Assembly (NCBI GenBank): GCA_965203295.1 | Contig: CBDBCZ010000018.1 | Coordinates: 928,001 to 992,000, forward strand | Source: Nitrospirales bacterium | GTDB lineage: Bacteria > Nitrospirota > Nitrospiria > Nitrospirales > UBA8639 | DNA: 64,000 nucleotides | Reading direction: 5' to 3' | Shown: in pieces, positions 11,954 to 39,000 of the stretch | Layout of the letters: every line of letters starts with the position of its first letter | Numbering within the stretch: position 1 is the stretch's first letter | Translations under genes and position numbers: made by a program | The notes under the pieces: model-generated | Database searches by the model: none | Told to the model about the DNA's origin: nothing | The model's input: the letters and a program-made list of their open reading frames with translations, nothing else

Positions 11954-14138
11954 CTGTGTGTTGTGGTATATCTATAAGCTCCGGTATGTTACTGTAATGT
12001 TTCTCTAAACACTAATTTTGGTCTGTAAGTTCAATTGGATTATAAATTAACAGTTTCCCCATTAATTAGCGACTAGTGCTATAGTTCGTAAAGGATTATG
12101 AAATCAAGTTCATAATTACTAAGCTTAATTGTTTGTCTGATTGTACGTGTGAGTTTGATAGGAAAGCATAGTCATAAAACCATATTCTGGTATCTCCTGG
12201 CATAGCTTAATAGTGACTGTAGGAGGACAGTGATAACTGCCGGTAAGTACACTCAATGTGTATATCCTCGTTCCCAGGCTTTGTATAACCACAAAAATGG
12301 AAGTTAGAAGAGAGGGGAGTCAGGTATAACTTTGTGACATGACTTTGGGTTGAGGTTTGACATTATATATTAAGTAGATGGTTGACATTATATAGTAGAT
12401 GGTTATGCTGGAACATATGAAGTGATCAATTTCAAGACCTACAAGAAAGTAATTTTCAGCAAGCATTTAGACGGACCATGATGTGTATTATCAGTCTCAT
12501 CACTGTCAGTACTCCTCCACACCGCATTACACCATAGCAACACTCGCTGTAACGATGTTGTTGTGCTGTCGCCTGGAATTCTGAAGTCTTGGACTCCTCA
12601 TTTCTCTCTGGAGTTACTATGTATATCTACACCCAAGAGTAGGCCTGTTTATGCACCTAATAGGCCCGTGTGGGCTTTAGGAACCTAATAGTATGTAACC
12701 AAGCCAATCGTGTTTGATGTAATGTGAGGTTGCCCACATTCATTCCAGTATCTATGCCACACAGTAGATAATGCTAATGGGTGTTCTTTATCAGTCTGGT
12801 CGCTGTAGCAGAAACATAAACAGACTTGTTTGAGTCTACAATGCCTGCCTCCGTTGCAGGAGTAAGAAAGTGTGTGGGTTTTACTTAGCTAATGGACCTA
12901 AAATTAGCTGAGCGGCTACCGTGGAGTTATTTTGCTTCCCCCATCCCTGCAAAACAGATTAACCCCATGATTCTATCTAGACTAGTGCTTTATATGCTTC
13001 GCAGGTTGAGAATGTGTTTTGATGCACATCCTCCACAAAGATGGCACTAATTGTCATCAGTCCTTGTTAATGGGTATAGTTAGCTGCACTCTTCATACTG
13101 CTCTATTAGGGGCTATCGTTTAAGTGCATCTTGTGAAATTAAGTAGCTACGTGTAATTGGGATTTTGATGTGCAACCTCCCCAGTCCTGGTTTATGGGTT
13201 AGCTATATACACTGTTCATACTGATCAATCCATAGCTATATTTTAGGTACATCTTGTGAAAGTAGCTACATGTAATTAGTATCCCGAAAGGAGAAAGAAT
13301 GAATTGGGAAGTTGGGGAAGAGAGAAGGATTATGGACGAGTAGCCAGTGGTAAAAAAGATGTATGTCTACCGTAAATAGTTTACACCACTACAGTTGTAC
13401 ATGTAGCTCCTAATTAGTACAGACTAATTAACTATTAGAGCACTTGTATTGTACAATTAGCCAGTCCATACAAAGATATATAACCACCAATACAGCAATT
13501 AATACAGTATATTGATTATTGTGCACCCTTATTATATTTCAGCATATATATACAAGCCAATTAGCAGATCATACTATATTATTAGTAATAGTTAAAAGGT
13601 CAGTTTTGGTGAGGGGAATTTTAAGTCCGAGGCAAGTCCGAGGCGAAGCCGAGGAGTTTAACCCCTCACCCAAATTGACCTTTAACTGATTTAATGTACA
13701 TTGGTATGCTTTGAGTGCTATAAGCGTGGGAAAAAGTGGTTGTCATGGTAATGTACATTAACGGTACAGAATAAGCCACATGAGTGCGTGGAGTATGGGA
13801 ATGGGAGTTAGGTACAAGCTGTTTTCAAGAATTTTTCTTTCTTTTATCTCTTGCTGGGTTATGATGACATTCAACAGGATGGAAAGAACAAAGTTAGAGG
13901 TATTTTCACACATTCTTAATATAGTGTTATTATTGCTACTGTTTGCAGTACTGAGACATCTAACTGTACAGTGCATGACACGTAGTACGCAATTTACAGC
14001 ATGCACGTTTATACAAGCCAACAATATATAGTAGTTCAAGGTGTGGCTACTTTAGGTACATGCACGTATAATAAACAGCTTCTTATGAAGTTAGTCACAC
14101 TATTAGTGTTCTAAAGCATCACAGTTTGCGAGTATCAC

Positions 14139-26660
<12,522 letters not shown>

Positions 26661-26833
26661 CTTACCATCCAGCAATATTGCCTTATCAATAGCTAGTGTT
26701 CAATTGCAAAAATGAATGCACACAGAAAAGGCAAACTAATGAATGTTTACATTGAGACATGCTGTTTTGTACACGCAATGAATTTCTTAATTGTGCACAT
26801 ACATGTTGATAGTCCTGTGTGGGCATTGTTCAG

Positions 26834-26841
26834 TTTATATA
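26834..26841 (-). promoter_or_regulatory. Candidate TATA box of gene D (also 58190-58197 for B and 11374-11379 for E; degenerate in C)
   Basis: TATATAAACTGAACAATGCCC lies ~175-195 nt upstream of the signal-peptide ATG in three paralogs. Confidence 0.4.
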
Positions 26842-27325
26842 GGGCTCGGCCCAATTGAATACACTTCATCCATCACCTGATTTTATGGTCTGAGCAAGAA
26901 TGACATAGTCACAGACATGTATGGGCAAAGCTAAATTTCGTACTTCATGATTTTTACTGAAATGAAATTGAAATATATATCGCACTCAATGTGAGTAGCT
27001 AGCTATCCTCATTCCCAGGCTCCCCCAGGTACATTTGTAAAAATAATCCGACAAAAATGGAAGTTGGGAGAGAGGGGAGTCTGGTAGATATTATAACTTT
27101 TTGACATATATATGACTTTGGGTAGAGGCTTGATGTTATAAGATAGATGGCTATACTGGAACATGTGAAGTGCAAACACCTTCACCAAAGTATGTTATCC
27201 TTGGCCTTTAACACATGTACAGAACTCATTTTTTTACGAATCAAAAGAACACTAGGACAGCTGCAGTATACCAGCAGTTTGAAGTCAATGCCATTTTATC
27301 ACATGAAAACATTACAGTTTGTGAG

Positions 27326-27444
27326 TCACTCATCGAGTCTGCCCCTCCTGAACCTGCGGTAGCAGACATCAACGCAGTAGATGGCAAGAGGGTCAGTTGA
27401 CAGGAGAGGGTTCTCAGAGACTGCGACTCCAGCCCCAGGGCATT
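27326..27444 (-). other. Second (alternative or relic) terminal exon downstream of gene C
   Basis: CACACAG acceptor; the phase-1 frame reads (Q)CPGAGVAVSENPLLSTDPLAIYCVDVCYRRFRRGRLDE*, homologous to 30032-30147. Confidence 0.7.
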
Positions 27445-30031
27445 CTGTGTGTGGTGTACATATATACTGTCAGTGGTATGTAATGTTCCTCTGAACACTA
27501 ATTTTGGTCTGTAAGTTCAATTGGATTAAAAATTAACAGTTTCCCCATTAATTAGTGACTAGTGCTATTTCGTAAAGGATTATGCAATCAAGTTCATAAT
27601 TACTAAGCTTGTTTGTCTGATTGTACGTGTGAGTTTGATAGGAAAGCATAGTCATAAAACCATATTCTGGTATCTCCTGGCATAACTTAATAGTGACTGT
27701 AGGAGGACAGTGATAACTGCCGGTAAGCACACTCAATGTGTATATCCTCGTTCACAGGCTCCCCCATGTACATTTGTATAACCACAAAAATGGAAGTTAG
27801 AAGAGAGGGGAGTCAGGTAAATATTGTAACTTTGTGACATGACTTTGGGTTGAGGTTTGACATTATAAAATAAGTAGATGGTTAAGCTGGAACATATGAA
27901 GTGATCAACTTCAAAGACCTACAAGAAAGTAATTTTCAGCAACCACTTAGACAGACCATGATGTGTATTATCAGTCTCATCACTGTCAGTACTCCTCCAC
28001 ACCGCATTACAGCATAGCAACACTCGCTGTAACGATGTTGTTGTGCTGTCGCCTGGAATTCTGAAGTCTTGGACTCCTCATTTTTCTCTGTCAAAAAACA
28101 GTTACTATGTATATCTACACCCAAGAGTAGGCCTGTTTATGCACCTAATTGGCGTGTGTGGGGCTTTAGGAACATATGTAACCAAGCCAATCATGTTGGA
28201 TGTAATGTAGTTTAATGAGGCTGCCTACGTTCATTCCAGTATCTATGCCACACAGTAGATAATTATTGCTAATGAGTGTTATTTATCAGTCTGGTTGCTG
28301 TAGCAGAAACATAAACAGACTTGTTTGAGTCTACAATGCCTGCCTCCGTTGCAGGATGTGTGTGTGGGTTTTACTTAGCTAATGGACATAAAATTTTAGC
28401 TGATCCATGAGTGCTATACCATGGAGTTATTTTGCTACCCTCATCCCTGCAAAACAGATTAACCCCATGTTTCTATCTGGACTAGTGCTTATATGCTTCG
28501 CTGGTTGAGAATGAGTTTTGATGCGCATCCTCCACAAAGATGGCACTAATTGACATCAGTCCTTGTTAATGGGTATAGTTAGCTGCACAGTTCATACTGG
28601 TCTATTAGGGGCTATAGTTTAAGTGCATCTTGTGAAATTAAGTAGCTACATGTAATTAGGATATTGATGTGCAATCTCCCCAGTCCTGGTTTATGGGTTA
28701 GCTACACTGTTCATACTGATCAATCCATAGCTATGTTTTAGGTACATCTTGTTAAAGTAGCTACATGTAATTAGGATCCCGAAAGGAGAAAGAATGAACT
28801 GGGAAGTTGGGGAAGAGAGAAGGATTATGGACGAGTAGCCAGTGGTAAAAAAGATGTATGTCTACCGTAAATAGTTTACACCACTACAGTTGACAGTTGT
28901 ACATGTAGCTCCTAATTAGTACAGACTAATTAACTATTAGAGCACTTGTATTCTACAATTAGCCAGTCCATACAAAGCTATTTATATCACATTACATCAC
29001 TTTTGGAGAAATTCATTGGCTACAGAGAGGAGTTTAAACGTGTTTATACTACTATTTTGTTTTCATGTTTTACATGCGTGTTTTCATGTTCGTTAACGTG
29101 TTTTTTGTTTACGTAATAAATGAATACTACTGAATGGTAACTATGGCGATGACAAATGGCAAGAAGCGATTGGCCGCCTGTGATATAAGCCGGATATACC
29201 ACGCCTAATCGGAGTATAAACGCGATAAACACCGCTAGACGGTTTATCCTCGGCTACGCCTCGGGTAAACTGTCTAGCGGAGTTTAGCTGCATTTATACT
29301 CCTCGTAGACGTGGTATATATATCCTATACATAACCACCAATACAGCAATTAATACAGTATATTGATTGTTGTGCACCCTTATTATATTTCAGCATACAA
29401 GTCAATTAGCAGATCATACCATATATTAGTAATAGTTAAAAGGTCAGTTTTGGTGAGGGGAATTTTAAGTCCGAGGCAAGTCCGAGGTGAAGCCGAGGAG
29501 TTTAATTCCTCACCCAAATTGACCTTTAACTGATTTAATGTACATTGGTATAGCAATGAACCCTGTATGTGGTTTCCTCTGAGTGCTATAAGCGTGGGAA
29601 AAAGTGGTTGCCATGGTAATGTACATTAACGGTACAGAATAAGCCACATGAGTGCGTGGAGTATGGGAATGGGAGTTAGGTACAATCTGTTTTCAAGAAT
29701 TTTTCTTTCTTTTATCTCTCACTGGATTATGATGACATTCAACAGGATGGAAAGAACAAAGGTATTTTCACACATTCTATTGCTTAGTATAGTATTATTA
29801 TTGCTACTGTTTGCAGTTTTATTCTACAGTACTGAGACATCTAACAGTACAGTGCATGACACGTACTATGCAATTTAGAGCATGCGCGTGGACACATTTT
29901 ATACAAGCCAACAATATATAGTAGTTCAAGGTGTGGCTACTTTAGCTACATGCACGTATAATAAACAGCTTCTTATGAAGTTAGTCACACTATTTAGAGT
30001 TCTAAAGCATCACAGTTTGCAGCAGTGTCAC

Positions 30032-33000
30032 TCATCGAGGACACAGTCTGCCCCTCCTGAACCTGCGATAGCAGACATCAACGCAGTAGATGGCAAGAGG
30101 GTCATTTGATAACAGGAAGTTCTGGGGAACTCCAGCTGCAGGGCAATCTGCGTGTGATGTAATAGTCTGTGTAAGTCAAGGGCAGATGAACTAAATCAGA
30201 AAAGTTATACTATTAACCAAAAAGTCGTTAATCTTAACTGCACATTGTTTGAAACACGAACAACTAGTCTAAAGAATTACATGTAAGGGACACCGTATAT
30301 TGTTATGGCAATACAGTAACCGTGCCTTCATGATTATCATAAAAATTTAATATTATAATTATTATAAAAATACTATCATTCAAAGATAAATTGTTAGACA
30401 GCTAGGCTAATAACCATGCATGCAAACTATATGACCAGTTATAATAAGGATCATAAACTCACGATCATCTGATGTTATAATTATCCTTGTCTGGTTGCGT
30501 GTGATGGAGACAGGCACCTCAGAGAATGCTACATCCAGTCTGACAAAGAAATGCTCCTTTGTTTCCAAGAAGTCGTCATTTACAATCTCAATTTCAGTAG
30601 TGTACGTAGTCATGAGTGAGCTAAACGTCAAAGTCTTGTCAACAGCACGATAGTCATCTGGAGCTACATGAGAGAGTAGAAAATGAACACAACATTATAG
30701 TATTAGTATTTAATTAGTATTCTTCACAGTATTTGTATCTGTGAAAATACTGAATTTACTCAGTAGGAGATAACCAGAATTGGTTAGTAGCAATTCTGTA
30801 CATATATCGTCTTTGTAGATTACTTACTTGTAGCCACTCCATCTACTGTGTACATCCGCACAGTGACTGTCGTTTCTAATCTTCCTGACAACACCTGTAC
30901 TGTTACTGCTACACCTCCAGTGCCTTCACTTGCATGATAACGAGCTTGAGTGAAGCCAAAGGCAATGCCTGCACAGATAGAAAGTATCAGAATGCAAGTT
31001 AATATGTACATGTAATTATACAGTGACTGCATAATTAAATACCATCATTATTGATAATCGTTACGGTTGTAGTAGAAAGCTCTCCAAGTGACAGCCCTGT
31101 TTCTCCTCTTCGAGTGCTGAGCTCAACACTGAAGCTTTCCATGCCCTCTGCTATGCTATCATCTATAATTTGTAATATGAGGGTTTGCAGCTGTTGGTCA
31201 CCACCAGGTGGGAGTGTTAATGTCTCGGTTGGAGCTGTGAAGTCTTCTCCAGCTGTATTTGAGAGACAATGGTGTGAATCACTTGTACATAAGATTTAAT
31301 AAGGTTTCCTTACCCGTTGCATTCATCAATAATACAGTAACAGTGACTTGCAATGGAGTGACATTCTCTCCTGTCTTGTCAACAGTCAGTACCAGCGTTC
31401 CAACAGCTTCACCTACAGTGTACTCAGGTTGAGTGAACTGCACAGTCACCACTGCAGGTGAAGATGGTTGTTAGGATGAACTGCTCGCGAATTGCTATTG
31501 TATAGTTGTACTGTTATTGTGTAGTGTATTTCTCTCTAACAGCACTTAGTACGTTCTGCTCATTCACTGTACTTAGACTTGAAAGTGTGGTACCTTCTTT
31601 TTGAGCTACTAAGTATATGAAGATTCTCAATATTCATCAGTCACAGGCTCAGCAAAACAGTTAGTATTTTCACATTAGAAGAGGGGCAGGTTTCTACCTA
31701 TGTTTCTCAGCTTTTGCAGGTGTCTTGGCTTTTTAAAGTGCTGCTTGACTGCTCTTCAGTAGGATCAGGATCATTCTATATAATTCCCAGCTGCTTAGGA
31801 CTACCCAGGTGTATGAGGCTAGCTAAGGACTGCCAGTGAATTGATTTTTTGCTATTTTAAAAATAGCTTTGTCCTCAAAACTGAAGTTAAAAGTATATGT
31901 ATACCTATGAGCATATGACCAAAATTTGAATTTTGAGCGGCTCCTGAAACACATTTTAAGAGTACTCTCAAATTTAGGAGGGATAAGTTCAATTTTGTGG
32001 CCATGGGTTAGACTACTCTGGTTCTCATCCCTTCATACATTTTTAGTGTAACAACATGCAGATTACACAACTCACAGTCATTGTCCTGGATAATTACAGT
32101 AGCTGTATCAGGAGAAATGACCACCATATTATCTGGGGAGTCCAGGGGACTACGAACTAGGTTTAGTGTGAAAGTTTCTGAGGGATCCTCCAAGAAAACA
32201 TCATTAATGATCCCTATATTCACCAAGGCTGTCAGGTTGTTCTGATCCAAAACTAGTTCTGTTGTCAGTGGTGTAAAGTCAGTGGTAGCTGTAAACAGAG
32301 AAACAGACTGTCAAGAAGTTTATCTGGGCAGTTTATAGAGAACAAAAATTTAGTTTCAGTCTTAGTTAGCCAACAAAAATGAACAGGGTTAGTAAAGTAT
32401 TAGTTAACCATTTCTAATATAAATGGTCCGATTGAATTGTAATAAAAAAAGTAGTCCCTCTGAAGTTTTAGTTTTAGTTTACTAAATTCTTTTTTACTTC
32501 TAAACCCGCTTTTAATTATTTCAATTAATTAAAGCAACACTAGTCATAGCTCACCGTTATATATGTACATACTTTATGTAATAGCTATAATATATGCTCA
32601 CCTGTTGCTGTGTCAGTTTGAAGAACTACAGTTGAGAGGATAACACGGATTTGTCTCTGAATAATATTATCACCATCCAGTACGGCCACGGTGACTGTTA
32701 CAAAGGCAGCTGATTCCATCACTGTGTATTCTGCCTCATCAAATCCAATTATGACAACTTTAGAAAGATAATAATAATTTAATATTGTTTCAATAGTAAC
32801 TACTTCTCATGTTAAATGTAGCAACACTCAAATAGGCAGCTGTATGCAGTCTGTTTTCATTATTCTAGGTGCAGTAACCCCCCAAATCATAAGATGTTAG
32901 TAGAAAACAAAACAACTTTTGCTGTAAATCATTAACCTTGTCATCAGCAGCACCATTCGCATGAACAATAACATTTTGATGAAGAGGAGGGGATGGGCTT

Positions 33001-36000
33001 ATATAATTATCATATGAGATTACAGTAGTTGTGCTAAGCTGCATGTAAGTGATTGGATGTACTAAGCTTAAGCAAACTTACGTCTATTTAACAAGAGAAA
33101 CCCATAAACATGAAACATCTTGATAAACGTTTTCTGAGCTGTACCTTCATACTGGCAAACATGGCAAAGGGTGCTGTGCAGCATATTATGTCTTAGAAAT
33201 TCCTAACAATCATGGAAATCCTAACCAAATGGCAATGCTTTTTGTGTATCACATATTATTGATGTAGCTTCACTGTAGAAACTGAAAGTAGGATTCCTTT
33301 CTGATCGTCTCACAAGGATAAAGTTAGCAATGTGATTTTAAGCCATTGCTCTACATCTTGTTCTACCAAGTGTAGGGGGGGAGGGCATGCAGTTAGGAAT
33401 TGCTCACAATGACTATCCGTTATTTCCACAACAGTCAGATCTGGCACCAGGAAAAAGTATGGAGGTAGTCCAAATGGATGTGTGAAAGGATCTGGAACTA
33501 CCTGCACCGTAAAAGTCTCAGTTTCCTCTAACAGATTATCATTATTGATAACCACTTCAATGCAAGATCTATTGTTGATAGAAGTAATGTCATCAAAGAA
33601 TAGATCACCATTGCCCTCCGACAGTCGGTCATAATCCCCAGGATCTATATGTTACAAAACCGCATTTTTAAAAAAAATAGAGGATATATGGTGGCAAATA
33701 ACCAACCTGCAGCAGTGCCCCTGATGGTAATTGCAGCAAGGGTGATACTGATGTCACGTGGAAATGTATTGCCTGTGACATTCAGAGTACGAACACAGAT
33801 TTCAAGAATGCCACGCCTCTCATTCACCGAAGTAAATAGTTCCTCCCATCCAATCGTCACAGTTACTGCATAAAAAATTCACAACTGTGTACAACTGAAC
33901 TATTCTTATGGAAATAAGCTACATGTACATTTCACATGAAACTGTTTTCTGCTTGCTGCTTTTGCCTATTCTTTAGGACCTATTGTCTGTTCTGTTGTAC
34001 ACTTGGGTTATTGGATTGATAGTCGTTCACAACAACTACATTAATGCATGCTTTTTGACTTTAACCTGCTGACTATGTTGGAAATCCTTCACCTACAGCA
34101 AACCAACTAACCATCATCATCAACAATACAAATCTGTGTAGTAGCAAAGAGAGTACTGCCATCAGGAAGTGGGCCACCGAGATTGATATTCAACCCTGAT
34201 TCTTCTGCTGACAGTTCAACTTGAAACACCTCAAGTAGTTCAGGTTTGCTATCATCAAGTAGTTCAAAGACATAGGGTACACTTTGCTGATCCGGTCGAA
34301 ACACGCGGTCCTGAGTCTCTGCGGCAATTATATCTCTGTTGGTAAAAGATTCCCCTTGATCAGTATTTGCAGCGCTTGAATCACTTCTTCTAACTGTGCT
34401 GATCCTTATAAAAAATGTTAACTCAGACAGCTGATTGTTCCCTTTTATGACTGGGATTTGAGTAAAAGTAGCAAAAGATTCAAAAAATGTGTAGCTGCTC
34501 TGTTCAAATCCAATTATGAGCACTGTTTAAAAGAAGAAAACAATGATTGAAACAGCAATTATATCTATAGCTTCATACCCAACTGCACCAACTTCTTTCA
34601 CTTACAGGAAGAAAGCCTGTGCAGAGGGATTTACGACCACATGATGGCAATAATAAAAATGTACTCATGTCGCTGCTGTAGCGCTTACGCCATCGACCAC
34701 ACACCCACATACCCAGGCAGAGCTTGAAAGATCTCCAGTCAGAGAACAGAAGCAGGTGTCTCACCAGCACCATCCTGATCATCATAATTATAACTTCTTC
34801 CGAGTATCCCAGATTAATAATGCTCTTAACTAGTCTTAATAAAGCCTTAAAATCATATCTCTCCTAATTCTCACACCCTAAAACAAAGCCCGTTCTCTTA
34901 AAATTATTGAGTGCACTGAACTCTTCAAATCTTCCACCGAACAGATTGTCTAAGTCTTTCATGAAAGTATTTCTAATAGTATCATACACAGGACACTCCC
35001 AGAGCACATGTTCTACACTCTGACATTCTTCCCCACATAACTTACACTGCCTATCACAATTTTTACCTCGATGTCTTCCTAACTTTTCATTCAGACCATT
35101 TATATAGTACCAGACCTAAACTTAAACATCGATCGTGTTCCTGAATCCCTGACCCCCTGCAAGTAATTTTATTTCCTTAAAAAAGACCTGTAAAGACTCA
35201 GTTTAACTTTACTATGCACTTTCACAAAAACAAAGGAAACAAGCAATAACTTGCACTGCAATGGGTTCGCAGACTACCTACACAACACAGCCCAATGCAT
35301 TACAAGGGAGCTAGCTCCGTAAACGCACTGCGCTGTGATTTGTAGCTAGCTCCCTTGTAATGCATCGGGCTGTGTGTGTAGGTAGTGTGTGAACCCATTG
35401 CGGTGCAATTTATTGCTTGCTTCCTTTGTTTTTGTGGAAGTGCATTCCTACATGAATGCTTTTTGCATTTTTTGGTAAACTACTTTTCTTTAGTTTGTTA
35501 TGGGTGTTTTTTTAGGGGGAGGGGGTGTAACAGTAAAGTCTGGCTCAAAAGGACACAGTTTAATCAACAGCACCTCTGCCCAGAAACTGTTCAAACTTGT
35601 GCCAACCAACTATAATCGGCCATATGAGTAAGTGTATACAAATTTAGAGCTACAATTCGTGTAACTTACGCAGTGATCAACCAGGCGACACAACCCAATA
35701 GCACAGGCCCAAGCAGCCCTTTGAACTTAGAACAATGGCGTGTGAATGGCAAGCGTCTGTTTGAGAATGCTCGTTATCACTGCTGAACTAATTCCAGTTC
35801 TTTGAAAACGCTATTCCCGAAAGGCATTACCCGAGTGTCAATCATGCCCGTTCGTGTTGGAATCTTCTAATCGCTTCACCCATTATTGTGCTAGCCTGGC
35901 TGAAAGAAGAATAAGATGAAGATGAACAAGATAGACCATTCCACAGTTTTAACCACTTGCTGCTTTGGTACTTCAGAGATGTTCTTTAGCAGTGCTAACA

Positions 36001-39000
36001 GTCCGGTTAGTAATGACAACACTTGAGAATAACTGGCCCATGGTAGGGCTCACATTACCCTAGACTACACCTACAGCAGAGTTCTGACCATGTCATTTTT
36101 ACACAGGTAATGGAGACACCTTTTTTTTGGTGCCATCCCTACATGTGGAGTACTGTACTCTCGTGGCCTGATGGAAATTCCGTCATATATAACACGTTTT
36201 GGTCTTAGATAAAACTGAAAAATTTCTCCTCCTAGGGAGGGGAAATTTCGTGCTGGTAGTGACTCAATAATTCCCTCCCCTGATGAGGAATTTTTCATTT
36301 TGTACAGTTTTATCTAAGACCACTATCATGCGGTCAGGTGGTATAAAAATAAACAAAGCAAGCAGGGGTATATCTTACGTTAGCACCTTTGTACACCCTG
36401 CTTACTGTCCCTTCCTTATGCTACTTGCATCATGTAGTTTGTCTGTCTGGTGTAGTACTTTCTCTGTAAATACCTTGTTGATCCAAGCTTGTATATATAC
36501 TAGTACTGCATGTGGCCATATTATAGGTAAAGAAACCGTCGCTTCACCTTTGCTTTGCTTTGCTAATCTTTCAACAGTGGTTGTTGTAACTTTCTTCGAC
36601 AACTGTGAGCCAGAATGCCGAAATCCACTACACTGATCACTATCTTACATTTATTCCCATGACCACCTTCATCAATCTCGGTTCCCAGCTTCAGGCTAGC
36701 TTTGGGCTTTTTGTGGTATAGTAGGCTTATTTCCTGTGTATGTTTCGGTTTGACTTAGGTTGTTTATTTGCCTTAGCTACTTTATTGTTGTATCATCTAT
36801 TGAGTATTTCATTCTTCCACCTCTTATTTCATTATTTGATTGTGTCGTATGTCCAGCTGCCTGTTTCCTCTGACTTCATGCACACCTCTATTCATGATCA
36901 GTCTATTCACATGTCTTCTTTATTGCCTTATCTCTGCTGACATGTACTGCTGACATGTACCTTCTAGATCCTTCTCTGACCCTTTTTGTATAGAAGGCTT
37001 GCATTTCTGCTGTATATTTCAGTTAAGTTTTTAGTAATAATGAATTGAATATCGAAGCGCATTTGTATCGCTACAATACTACACTTTCTTCCTGTTAGAT
37101 TAAAAAAAAGCTGGGAATTAAGGCTGGAAATTATACTTAGTCTAGCAAAGTAACTAGACTGTATACATCTACTTTCCATTACAAATGGACAAGAGCATGC
37201 AACAGTATAATTAGGTAACCCTTCTATCTCAAAGCATTAGATATAATTCTTAATTAACTGCATGACATGATAGTATACCACTCCTCTCGTCCTGATACTG
37301 CTCTAAACTTCTATCCATATCCTCATAACTCGAACAGTTCCCCACTCCCACACTTACCATCATCATCAATGATTCTTCCCAGAGTGGCAAACCGTCTACT
37401 TTCTAAATCAACCCTAGCTGGATCCACTGCATCAGCCACAACTAGAATTATGACAAATATTTGTTCCGCCTCATTGATATCATCATCTACTATTCCCATA
37501 TCGATTGTCTGAACAGCTGTATTTCCAGCTGGGAATGTGATTGGAATTCCAGTATTGTTGAAGTCTTGAATACCTTATGAAACAAGAGTTAATTATTAAT
37601 ATTGCATATGTACATGCTTCTTACATTGATATAGTTTTACTCACTTGTAGCAATGATTGGTCGTCTGGGATCGTAATTTGGAACAACAGGAATTACATCA
37701 AGGACGGGTGATTGTGAATTATTTACAGAAGCATAGTCCACTGGAGTAGCTACAACAGTTAGGTCAGTGGCTATGTTAGTAAGCAGCTGCACTAATGGGT
37801 GTATAATCCTCATTCCTTCGACAATTGAGAAGACTGAATCAGTAAACTGGAGAACAGCCACTGGAGATGAGAGTATGAAGAACATGTAATATAAATAATG
37901 TATGTGTGAAATTGGTCGCGCAATGCGAGGGGGCCAATAGCACCTACGTATGTATCGCACACTTGGCTTGGCGGTAATGCAAACACCGGTTACACACTGT
38001 TACAAAGTTAACCGGTTAGTATTAGATAAACCACGCCACCCAGGGCTGTATGGGTTTTAGAGTACACGAGGGCAATAACAATTAGAGCACGAGGGCGAAG
38101 CCCGAGGGCTCTAATTGTTATTGCACGAGTGTACTCTATTGCACGAGTGTACTCTAAAACCCATACAGCCTGCAGGTGGCGTGGTTTAACTGATTTGTAG
38201 CCCAATGGCTTCTGTCAGCTTGAGGTAGTACAACACTGAGCGTGTGCAAGTTGTAATCAGCTGTCACTGTTATGTAATCAGCTGTCAGTGTTATGTAATC
38301 AGCTGTCAGTGTTATGTAATCAGTGCGCGTGCAGTGAGTAAGTCCTAGACCACAGGGCAATATATATATATTGCCCCAACCGCAGGGCAATATATATATA
38401 TTGCCCCAACCGCAGGGCACTATGAGCGTACTCAAGGCTCTACGGCATATATTGCCCTGTCGGTACCTTTGTTCCACCCACGCAAAGGGCTACAAATAAA
38501 CATAAGACCACAAGACAGAGTAGTCCTTCCATGCAGTGGCGCATGCTGGCCCAGTGCCAAATTTAGTGAGAGCCCATCAATCACATGCCAGCCTCAGTTT
38601 TCCAGGCACTGCTAGGAATCATAGCTAGCAACTTTGATTCACACTCATTTTTCACACTAAAGAATGCCTTGCAAGTAATCACAAGTGGTAAAATAGTGGA
38701 TGGATAGTCAGAGAAGCAAAAGCTTGCATACCCCTTATATTCTCACATCCTGTTACAATGTGGTGGATCACAGAATGTTAAGCTACTGAGTCAGAAACAC
38801 TCTAACTACACTTGGTAACCCCTTGGTAACCCCTGGTATCTGGTATTCTGACATGTAAGATGCTCCAAATAAAGGGTATAACCATACCGAGTCAGGGAAC
38901 TCCTTTTAATGGATTTTGGAACTCTTATATAACTAGAGAAGCTGTAAATGCACTGAGCAGCTATGTGGATTATTGGGCCAAATCAAAGTTACAGCAAACA

